A stretch of DNA of 64,000 nt from Candidatus Omnitrophota bacterium (lineage in GTDB: Bacteria; Omnitrophota; Gorgyraeia; Velamenicoccales; JABMQK01): NCBI GenBank assembly GCA_028711115.1, contig JAQTSV010000001.1, positions 1,432,928 to 1,496,927 of the forward strand, in the 5' to 3' direction. A program made the translations under genes and the position numbers. Below are positions 49,101 to 61,100 of the stretch, piece after piece (positions within the stretch are counted from its first letter, which is position 1; every line of letters starts with the position of its first letter). The notes under the pieces are model-generated. The model had not been told where the DNA came from. It did no database searches and worked only from the letters and a program-made list of their open reading frames with translations.

Positions 49101-52100
49101 ACATTTCCAAAAGTTCGGATTGCGACGATATATTTTCATCATTTACAAAGAATATATATTCCTCTCTTGGTGCCGTCACAGCTTGGAGCGGCGAGGAGGC
49201 GGTAGCGCCGGATATAGATATCCTTCTGGCAATATCTTCTATCGCCGATTCAATTTGCGATAATAATCGCGGGTTGGTGAAATACTGTTTTAATGTCGAG
49301 GTAAACTCGATTTCTTCATAGCCTTTATTTAAATCTCTGTTTAACGATTCTTTTAATTCCGCTACAGTAATATAGTTTACCTGTGCGACTGCCAATATGC
49401 CGCGTTCTCTTATACGCCTGTTTATTTCATCGGCAGCCAATGAAACAACAATTAGATATAAATTGCTGTTCTCTCTGTTATTTAGCTGACTCTGGTAATA
49501 ATACGCACCGTCTGTACCATAACCTTCGGCGTCAGGAGATATATCGGGCCTGCCTATTTTTCTGGAATCAATATTAATTCTCGTGGGCTCAAGCATCATA
49601 TCCTTTCTCATTATCGCCACTTCGTCCTCCGCCTCCGATAAAATCGTAGACATCTCATCAATAACCAAAGGAACGTGGCCGGCAATCGAAATATCCCATT
49701 TGTCGGGGGAAGAGCCCACGTGTTCCTTGCCGCCTCTTTTCTGCAGAAGAATTTCTCCTTTTGGATTTATTACAAAAACGTGCACTGTCCTGTGCCAATC
49801 ACCGTCCACATGCACAGCTCTTCTTTGTTTAAATAAACCCGTCGCCAAGCCTTGTTCGTCCAGTAATTCCAAATAAGCCCAAACTCTGACTTTGCCGCCT
49901 TCGTCGTATTTTAAGCGGCTCAAGGCCTCGCCCAATTCTTCTTCGCTTGTATTTAACCCTTGGCACATATCAACTTTAGAAACAACAATTCTCCCCAATT
50001 CCAACTTATAATCATCGGGCAAAGTTGCGACTGCTTTGGCTTCTTTAATCTCCATTAAATATCTGATTAACTCAACCGGATTATTCCTAAAATAATTTAT
50101 ACGTTCTTCATAGGAATTCCTGTTCCCCACCGGCGAGGAGGCGGAAGGCAAATAAATACCCTCAGGAGTCAATTTCACAACACCAAAAAAGACTTCACTG
50201 CTAATGGTGCATCCCGGATGAACCGGTAAACATCTACAGTCAAGCATATCGCTTTCTAACCCTGCTTTCCTTAATAAAGGATCCCAGCATCCATTATAAA
50301 AATCCTTGCTAAAGACAGCAAATCCACTTGGCTTTAGGTGATTATAAAGGTCATTTAAAATAGGCTGCATTTTGCTGGTATGGATGTTATATCGCGGGTT
50401 GTAAACTTGCTCGCTTGTCGGTTCAGGGCAGTGCCACATAATAACATTATAATCCATATCTAATCCTTCAATTCCATCGTGCAGAAATACCCTTGTATTA
50501 TCTACCAAGCCCAACCTTTTAAGATTGTAACGTGTAAGCCAAATGCATTTTTCGTCTATGTCAATAGCGTCGACTCTGGCTCCTTTTAACCTAGCAGCGA
50601 TAGTATCTAAGCCGTTACCGCAACCGATAACCAAAACCTTGTCCCCTGGTTTTACAAAATTAGCTTTCCCCATAGCCAAAACCATACGCATACACTCGTA
50701 TTTGCGTATCTCGCTTATATAGGGCTGTGTTTTTGTCGAGTAAATTCCCGGATAATTATAAATTTGATAATTTTCGCCAAAAATCGTCACATTGATCAAC
50801 CATAGGTTGTCAGCATTAAAACCTTCGAATTCTGCATCTTCACCATTCACTGATTCTGTATTCAATCCAGCGAGAGATGGGTCTGAAATGGAAAGATTTG
50901 TTAATCCCAACACCGGCGAGGAGGCGGATTCCTCGAATAATTCTGGAATCTTTTCCCCAAGCAAACCAAGAACTCTCTCGTTGTCAGCAAATATAATTCC
51001 GAGGCGTTCTCCGCCGATTTTTCTTAATTCTAGCGATAGTTTGTTTCTCTCCAAAGAACCCATAAAACCTTCAAAATATTCAGAGCCAATAGCTAGCCTT
51101 AACGAATCATCGCTCAAATACTCGCCCATACCGTTAGCCCAAACCATATACCATAATATGGCCGCAGCAACAGTATGGCAGGCGTGTTCGTTGGATTCAG
51201 ATTCCGTAAGGAGATTGTTTTCGGTAACGCAGACATTAAACATGTTCGCTGTCAAATCAGGAGAAATGTTAAATAACGCTGTTTGCAGACCGCCATGCCA
51301 TCCCCTCGCCTCATTCATAATACGAAATGTAATGCGGTGATTGACAAAATAACATGCTGTTAGCAAGTCACATGCGCTGCAGTAAGGATCCCAAACAATA
51401 TACATAAGTATGTCGTGTGCGGAAACATCTGGTTTATCAAAATGTTCCAAAATTTCTTTTGCTTTATCTAAATGTTTTTGCGAAGGCACCGGCCATTTCC
51501 ATACTCCGTTTTGCTTCCAATGAATATCCATATATCTTTCCGCATCAAATTCCTCCACCGGCGAGGAGGCGACTTCTCTATCAACGATTTCAAAACCTAT
51601 TACACAACCCAAACCGCCTCCGCCAGCCGGTAAAATCTCAATTGGCGAAAGCAGTTCTACAAGTCTATCTGACTTAACGCCTCTTTCGAGTAAAAGCGTT
51701 TTTGTCCTGTGAGCATTATTTATAACAATAATGAAATCGCTGCCATCTGGTATTTTGCTTAAGCAAGCCACATTAAGATAGGCTTCTTCTTCTGGTATTA
51801 TGACTAAATCTTGCCATAATCCTTGTTCTGTTAACAGGCGCTCAAATTCAGGATGTTTTTTAACTTCCTGATAATATATGGGGTCAATTATAATAAGAGG
51901 CCTTCCCGTAGTTACGCAGCCTCCAGGAATAATTTCCATAACAGTATTTAGATGCCTATTTTGTAAAAATATTTCTCTGCCTCCGGGCAATCTTAAAGTA
52001 ACATAGCCGGAAGGTAACTGATAAAATGATAGATCGGTAAATGAATTCCTTAATATATCTACCGCTTCTTCATCAACGGAATCGGCAAATACCATAAAAG

Positions 52101-55100
52101 GAGTCTTGGCTATTCCTGATATTACCGCTCCCTGCTCTCCGGCAGAAATAGCATCATCAAATCTAGACACATTCCAAATAACCCATTTCTCATCAGGGGA
52201 AATAACCATTCTATCTTGCGGCCACTCAACGGAATTTCCCCACTGCTTTTTGTCTTCTTCGGAGAGGACTCTAAAATTGATTTTATTCTGCCTTAACGTA
52301 TTTTCTATTATAGAGAATTCTGTTCCTGGTGCTTGCTCGGCCAAGCTGAAAAATAGACGGGCAAAGTAAACAGGTATAAAGCCCTTTCTTAACTTCTCTG
52401 ATTTCCAAATAGAATCTCTTTGCTGCCATTGCTCAAAAGCAGAATCTATCATCCCAACGCTTCCTGCCAGCATGGTTAATCTTTCTCTAACTAGGGCTTT
52501 TAACTGTTCGCGCTGAACAACATCATTCATGCGAGATTCAATAGCCATAAACAGATCAGCATAATTAGATAAATTAACATCCCATGAGTTATTTCTTCCG
52601 ACTACTGCGGATAACTTCTTTTGTGGTGGTATCTGTTCAATACGGCCACCATAAACAGATAAATCATTGTCTTTGCCTTTTTTTCCCACCGGCGAGGAGG
52701 CATATTCAGTCTTCCGATTTTCAGTTGGGGCTAAATCCTGAGTTTCGTCTCGAAGCTGTATGTGATAATTCCAATAATGAGGCGTTGAGTATGGAAATTC
52801 TTCTCTTTCAAAAGACAAAAGACCTTCCTTTCTTAATCTTTCTATTAATCTTAGGGACGACTCATTATCACAGGCAATTGTTAATTCTAATTTTTCGATG
52901 CCATTGTTTCTCAGCTTATTAATTAAATAGGTATAAAGACATCTTCCGATACCTTGATTTCTATTGTCATTTTTTACTGCTATAAATAACAACTCACCAA
53001 CACCCTCAGAGAAGATAATGCGGAATATACAATAGGCTATAGTCTTTCTTTTTTCTTTGACCAATATAATATTCCCCTGAAATTTCTCTGAAAACTGGCG
53101 TTCCTCATTGGCAAATCTGGCTATTAACTGTTTCCATTCATTGAAAAGTTTCTTATCTACTTTTTTTATTGCGCTGCGTAAATTTGAATAAAAATATTCC
53201 GATAAAGGCGCTTCGTATAACTTAACTCCTTTTAAACTACCTGTATCTGCTAACGTAGTCTCCACTGGAGTTAAGCGCACAATACCTCTACTTAAGCGAT
53301 TTCTAATAAGACGGGGCAAATACGAGATTGCTAATCTATAAGGCTCCCAATTTATCTCCACCGGCGAGGAGGCGGTGCCGTTTTTACTAATTCTAAATCT
53401 GGTTTTAAAAAACTGGTATGTTATACCTTTATGAATTTGGACTTCCATGCCTAACTCATCCAATAAAGCTAAGGCAACCGGCAGATGGGATATTTTGGCT
53501 GCTATTTCTCTGCAGGTTTCTGTGGATAAAACTTCGTCGCCTTGCAACTCCATGCCTTTAATCTGCTCTATCACAGATTCCTCCACAAAAAGCGGAACAT
53601 AAAATACGCCGTTTAATGAAAAGTATTTGGTTTGTGCTTCTTTAAAGCAATCCTGAATATCTCTTTGGCTAAATTCATTCTTAAGAAGGCGAACTATAGC
53701 AGTAATAAAGCGCTTAAATTCTTCAGGATTTAGTTTTGCATAAATTCTTCTGATATCAGAGTGCGTCGGGATATTGCTATCTATTACTAATTCTATAGAA
53801 CCGTTGGGCTTGAACACTATCTTTTGCTCAGGTCTATTAATTTCTGTTTGCTTATCCGCAGATACTGGTGGTTCGACTTTCAACGTTCTGAAAATATTGA
53901 CTGCTCTACCACTATAGATTAACGAAGATATGCCAACTTTTGTCTTTGATTTTAATTCTGGATAGGCACCCTCTAGTTCCGCCCTTAAAATATCTACTAT
54001 TTTCTTTGAGAATGGAAACGCCTTGTCATCATAAATAAAGGAAAGTATAATCTCAACAGAAATAATACTTGTCAATTCCAATAATACTTTAAAAATCTTT
54101 CTGTAATGTTCGATATACTTTTTAATGATACCTTTCTGCCTGAGCGTTTCTATGATTTGGGCATCAAACTTTTCTGAATAACCCTCGCCTCCACAGACTT
54201 CTTCTACCACCTCTATTACATCTGGATAAAATGGATGTATGGAAACTATTACGCTTATTTTAATACCATCTAACTTAAGTTGACGCAGGTACGATACGCC
54301 TCTGCCATAGAATTCTCTAATCAAGACCTGGCTTTCGTATTCGGAAATTCCATGTGTATTCAATACGAAATGATACTGTCCTAAAACTTTATAGCACAGG
54401 AAAATAATTTCTAATAACTTGGGGTGATTAAATGGATCACTGCCAAGATAAAATTGCACTGGATTTACAGTGCTCTGTCGCCACCCAACACTGTTAATTT
54501 GTAGTAATAATTCTTCAATTGTATTAACTCGCATTTGGTTAATAAAGCGGCACATTCTTGAAGGAACACAACAATGTGCGCAAGGATTAAAGCATCCTTC
54601 TGTAATCTGAATTACGATTGCATCTCCTAATCTTAGCAATGCTCTTTTATGCCCCACAGGCATAGATTGAGATAAAAATATATTTTCTTCGCACTCCTCC
54701 ACCGGCGAGGAGGCGGATATTTGGGAATTCTTTCCGGATGAAGATGAATCGGGAAATAATAATTTCAGGGTTTTCTGTTCCCAATATAATAAATCCCAAG
54801 CCAAATATTTTAATCTCAAGAACATAAAAGCAAAAGGAACTCTGCGCATCCCGGCAACTTTTGAATTAGCCGATACATCTTTTCCAATGTAAATTAAAAA
54901 TACATTGCCGTTATTGAAAACCATTATCTTATCTTTACTGGAATCGTATTGCGCCTTTAAAACAATGCTTCTTTCAAAAATTTCCCTTAAAGTCATTCCT
55001 GTATTGATAGGTTGGTTAATTTTATCCGGCGATATCAATACTTTCAGGCTATTGGCAAAGTGATCGGCCTGGCAGGGTTTCACAGGCACAATGTTGGTGA

Positions 55101-58100
55101 AACCATTGCAGTTTAAAACCACGGCCAGAGATGTGTCGATTGATTCAGCAGCCAAATCTCCTCTTCTAGAAGCGCCGCCGACACGCCTGAGTTTATCATC
55201 TGAGCCATTTCTTCCTTTGTTTTCTAATCTGGACACAATGGTTAAATTACTGTATCGGCGAAAATCATTACCTTTTTCCAATACCCCATTGCCTGACATC
55301 TTTACAATTCCATCGCGGATTAATCTTGGAATGTTTGTTTCTGTGACAGAAATCCTTACGAGGTTGCCTTTTTTGATAAATTCCATAATCCGGTTTTCTT
55401 GTCCCTGTGGATACGAGGTGCAAGTAATCATGGAAACAAAATCCATATTGTCAATTTGGTAACGATTAAAAATTTCTTCATAATCAGGGTGATCAAACGG
55501 CTCATTGTCAAAATATAATCCGCTTAATACAAGATATCTTGCGTAATTACCAAAAAGATAAAACAGCGCTTCTTTGGTAAATCTCGCCCTGAGTTTTCCC
55601 GGCCGGGCAGCGCAGAACCAACATCTGACAGAACAACCCAGCGTCGGCTCAATGGCAGCCGTATTCCTAAGGATTAACCTTAAATCTCTCTTATTGAATC
55701 CAGCAAACAATTGTTTCATCTCTTCTAAATCAAAAATATTGATTTCCGAACCCGCAACTGGCGAGGAGGCGGTTTTGTTTATTGTGGGCGTTATTTCTTT
55801 ACGGTGCGCCCTGAGAGAAATATAGGTATTCCATAAAATATCTGTCATATTAAGAATGGCTAGTCGGAAATTATTAATCAAAGATGGGCTTAAATTGAAA
55901 TATCCCACTATAAACGGCAAAACAATGAAGGCAAAAGGATCTACTGTTAAGCCCCAAAATAAAATATCTTTTTTGCAAGTAGGCATAAAATTAACTTTCA
56001 GCGATTCTTTGGCTTGCCTGGCAGCATCTTTCGAAAACAATTCATTCAAAGAACTTTTTGATAGAAATACCATGCCGGGATAATATACCAAATACGCAAA
56101 AGGAGCGAACATAACAGACTGAAGAATAATTTTGAAGACGTTGGATAGTATGCTCGTCCCTAGAATATTCAAGAATGCAAGCCAGTAATGAAGTACTATG
56201 CCGTCGGTCAATACCATAATCGTGACAAAGTTAAACATCCTGCGGAAATTGAATTTTATGTTTTTCGCGGGATTTCCATTGTGTGTAATTTTCTGGGCGA
56301 TAAAATCACCTATCGCAGATAAGAAAAACACCGTACAGATATCGGATAGCAAAGGACTGGTCGCCAATAATAACAAATACAAACGCCAGGCAGATTCCAT
56401 AACAGCCCAAATCGGCAAAAGGAAAATAACCGGGCCAAGAACAAAACTTAAAATGACGATAATTTTAACCCGCCACTTTAAATTATTCGATATCGGCGAA
56501 GAGGCGGTTCGACTTCGTTCACCACTAGCGCGCAACGATGAGGAAACCCCGAGTGAAACGAGGGGCGAGGAGCTGGCGCTACCCGCAGGATAGGCGATTA
56601 CAACTTTCGTGCGGCCGTTTTCGCATACAAACTGGCTTTCGCCGCCAATTTGATTAATAAGATTTTTGATTATGAGTACGCCTCTGCCGTGGGTTTTAAA
56701 AAGATTCTCGTCGAGCGTCGGATCATTTAATCCTGCTACATTAAACTCGCCGTTATTTTCCACGCTGAAGAAAAATTCCCTGCCTTTAATTCCATAAATT
56801 ATTTTTATATCCCCGCCTTCTCTGTGATAAATTGCATTGTTCACTGCTTCGCTGACGCAAAGAGCCACATCAGCAGCCTCGCTTTCCGAAAAACCATTTT
56901 CCATAAGATTTGCCTCGAAAGAATTTACAAAACTTTGCATCTGGACAGACATCTCATTGCAAGATGAATCCTTGATAATAAGAGTTTCTGTATAATGCGC
57001 CGAGCCTTCCACCGGCGAGGAGGAAAATCCTTTCTTCTGAAGAATATAGGCTCCTTCTTTAGGCTCGTTATAAAAAGGACCATTGTAACCAAAAAGAGCC
57101 CCTTGCCTTTCTAATTCTAAAAGTGTCCTATCTTCTACGGAAACCAATAAATCGCGTACTGAACTGGCGCGCTTAATTGCTCTGTCGCTATCGACAATCA
57201 CAAATCCGCCTGGCCTTAAGAATTGTTCAATGACCCGGGCTGGCAATAAAAATTTTCCGTCTTCGATATAAACATCTCCAGCTTTGATTATGATAAAATC
57301 AACACCTTGGGACATCTCTAAATATTTTGCGTAAGCATTGATCTCCAAACCGTCTGTCTTTTCAACAAAAATCAAGGAGCGCTCTCTTCCTTCTACCATA
57401 AAATTCAATTCAAAGGCTTGCGGATTGCCTTCTCTTGTTGCTAAATCAATATTTCCTCGCGCAATAATTTTTAATTCTTCCCTTAAGAAAGGCCATATTC
57501 CTTTACATATTTCTAATAAGTCGCTAGAAACAAAACCCACCAGGCACTTTTCCATCAAGTACAATGTAACGATGCCATCTTCATCTATGCGGGAAGGAGA
57601 ATTAAAGATATCCACCATCTCTCCTTTTATCATCATCATCATCGCCACCATACCATAGTGCTCAAGAAGTTTTTGCTGATACCTCTGGGAAACTGTATGT
57701 AAGTCTGCATGAAAAGGAAGTTTTTCTACAAATATATATCGGGAAGCATTAGTAGCGAAATACGCTGTGGAAATATCTGCGGCAGAACCGATTAAAAGCG
57801 CTGTTTTTTCCCGCCTGTTATCTTGTGCGGCTTTTCCATTAACAACTTCGCAAACGCGCCTTAAATAACGAAGATTCAAACCTCCTCCGACCAATTTATC
57901 TGTGGGCCAATTTATCGGCGAGGAAGATTTGTCTTTTGTCTTTTCGTGGCTGCGGCTTGGTTTTTTGGCGCTATCGCCGTAATGGGTGTGGCGGTCCTTA
58001 ATATTAGCGAAGATGATATAAAGAATGGCACTAACTAATAATATCAAAATAGTTTTTGGCGCCATAGGGTCCCTGAAAGCAATCTTAGACCACTTAATCT

Positions 58101-61100
58101 TATGCAGCCATTGCCAAGATAAAACCAAGAATAAGCCGGCTGCGCCGACGTAAATAAGCGGCAAAAATCTCTTGTATAATTGGCGTGCGGTAACAAACAA
58201 TGATGGCCTGGGCGGAAATTGAGCATCCATTGAATTTCTTATTTGAATTAGGGCTTTGTAGTAATACGTACTTGACTCTTTAGAGAGCCTGATTAATTCT
58301 CTGTAGTAATCTTCCAATACATCCGTCAAAAAGGGATTATCGTGGACAGAACCGTAAAGTTCGTCCATTTCCTGGCTTGTCCCGTCTAGTTCTTCTTCAA
58401 TAAGCATAAGCGATGTATCAAAGCTATGGGAGTTTTTGCCTAAATATTCACTATCTTCAGTCAAAAGCCGCTCTAATAAATATAAAACTCTATTAGAAAT
58501 ATCTAAGCCGTAAGGAACGGTTACAGTAATTCTTAAGTTAATACTCTGCTCTCCTCGAATAAGGCTCAACGCCTCTTCTGTCTTATTTTCACTTTTGAGA
58601 TTCAAAAGATTACCGTTAAGGTAAATCGTTATATCGACTTCAGTATATCCTTCAATAACTTTTACCATCTTGCCAAGATTCAGCAGCGAGTCCGAATCTA
58701 TCTTGGAAGCCAATACGATATTCTTTTCGACAAAGGCGGGTTTAAACCGAACCACCTTGGTGCGGCTGTCTGCGGCGAGCGGCGAAGAGGTGGCATCATT
58801 AATAAAAGGCCTGAAGGTCTGTTTCTGATGAATGATATCAACGATGGCCGACTGCCAATAGGGAGCGATAGACCCTGGCGTTAATATAAAAGCGCTAGCA
58901 CCTAAAATCTGTTCAAGTATGAATTGGTTTATTTTGCTTTGCTCAACACTCAAAAATAATTCTTCGCTTAAATGCGTTACGCCAAATCGTTTCTGCAATA
59001 AATCCCTTGCCCGTATATAGCCATATTTTCCTGGATTATATTCATCGACTAAAATCCTATCTGCATATGCCTTATCATGCTGAACCCTGGTAGGATCAAT
59101 AAGCAGAATCGGCCTGTTTTCATAATAAAAAACAATCCAGACGTGCGCAAAAGGAACACCCGCCTCTTCTGTAAAACCGTACTCAACTTCAAATGTGGTT
59201 TGGGGATAATATTTCCCTTCTCTGTTCAACACATCCATAACATTCCTTGGTTGCGGATTGAATTCATAACAGAAAAGCGAACACAGCGCACAACCAAGTA
59301 TGCAGGCAAAGTCAAAGCATATCTGTCCTTGCGCAACAGCTTCTTCATTCCTGTGTGTAAACTTTGGCGGAATCTTTGCGACATTGCGTCTGACTATCTC
59401 CCAGATACGCTTTGCATTCTCATCGCACAAGAATTCTTTTATACTTGCTACTGATTTTTCCTGTATCGGCGAGGAGGCACCAGAATCAACTTCCTCTGGT
59501 AGTTTAAGATTTGCGATTTCGCCTAACGAGGTCAGTAAACTACAGGTGGGCGAGACAGGTTGTAATGATGACCTGCCGTTACGATGTATACGACTACGCG
59601 ATGACGGTTCAACAGCTAGTGCGCGTATTAAATGGGCTGCACTTGCAGTGTCAAAGGTCAACGTTATATTAGGATCAAGACCGAGCTGCACGGTAAAAAG
59701 ACGAATTATCAATATAATATCCCTACGTAACAGCCGAAAATAGGTAGACTGAAGATTGCCATCAAGGTCGCTAAAAGAAAGTTTTTCTGAAAGGGCGCTA
59801 ATTACTCCCTTTTTATAAAAATAACAACCTATATATGCAGGATCGTATAATTCAATTTCAATTGAATCTCTTCTAGATATATAATGAATATGGCCGCGGA
59901 TGCTCATTTTATAACCTTCTATGCCCAGGTCTTTATGATTGACTTTTCCTATGGCAAAATACGACCCTTCTTTTCCTGCAGTAACGAATATGCTAAAAGG
60001 AACCGATGTGGATTGTGATTCAAGGCATTGAATCAATTGTATCCGTATCTGCCCAACATCAAATCCCATGAAATGAAGATAACCAACATTTGTGTTGTTT
60101 TTTAGCGAATCAATTACAGATTTCCGCGTCACCGGCGAGGAAGCGGAATTTTCCACCGGCGAAGAGACAGCTATATCGCCAAAGGCGCTATTTCCTTCCC
60201 CGAGAACAAAAGCAAATAAATGCTTCTTTTCTACCCTTTCCCTATGTATAACTAAATCATATTGCGGCGTATATCCATATCTTTGTTTGTGCGCTGCCAT
60301 CCTGTATTCAATAACGTCATCAAGTGCTCTTTCTTCGGCTTTTTCATAAATTTCACGCCGTAATTCGTCTCGCGCCCTGATATTAATCTTGATATCAAAA
60401 CCCAGATATTTCCTATGAGAAAAACTTCCAACCCAAGGTTCTGTTTTTAAGGCTTCAAATCCCTCCAATACAACCACGTCATATTTTCTTGAATCAGCAA
60501 GATTAATAATTTCTTGTGCCGCAGCTTCGTGATCCCACTCATCTATCCATTCTGCGGGTCGTTCTGACCACTCCGCTGCGCCAATCACTATGGATGGGCT
60601 CTTAAATTCCTGCCTGAAGAAATCATTTAACCGTACAATAATATAGGTAAACGGTAAATCAAAATGGGTTTCCCAATTATCCAAGAACGTGGATTTGCCG
60701 GTTGCTGCGTCGCCGTCGACAACAACCAAGATAGTCCTTTTCTTATGGACTTTTGATATCCTGTCATAAATAGCGCCTATGGTTTTACGGACTGCATTTC
60801 TAGTAGAACTTGTGCCGCGATGCTCTATCTCCATAAATGAGGTGCGCGACAATTTAACGGTTGCTTTCATTCTAAAGAATTTTTCGTTGTTTAATAATGT
60901 CGTTATTGATTTACGGCGCGCGTCGTCATTCTGCAATCTCTTAAGAAGGCGGCTATGGACGACAAATGTTGACTGTAAAGGATGAATAAGATGGTCAGCT
61001 TCATCGGAGAAAATCATTTCGCGAAGATTCTGAAAATCATTGCTGTAGTGTTTCTCTAAATATGCTGGTGGCCGCACGACATACCAAGAAAGAAATACTT

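Noticed and set aside
49690-49710. An extra SSP (VGSSPDKWD) inside module M15 as a 23rd junction.
   Set aside because: It uses different codons (TCT TCC CCC), lacks the Ala and the hydrophobic residue, and lies inside the conserved Nudix P-x-KWD segment.
46327-55772. AGGAGG on the plus (antisense) strand of each junction could be Shine-Dalgarno sites for antisense small ORFs.
   Set aside because: No start codon follows at a consistent 5-10 nt distance. The plus-strand track ORFs crossing junctions (e.g. 48167..48418, 50792..51340, 55574..55825, 56198..56593, 59300..59743, 60092..60349) merely mirror-translate the motif as TGEEA and have no shared start or features.
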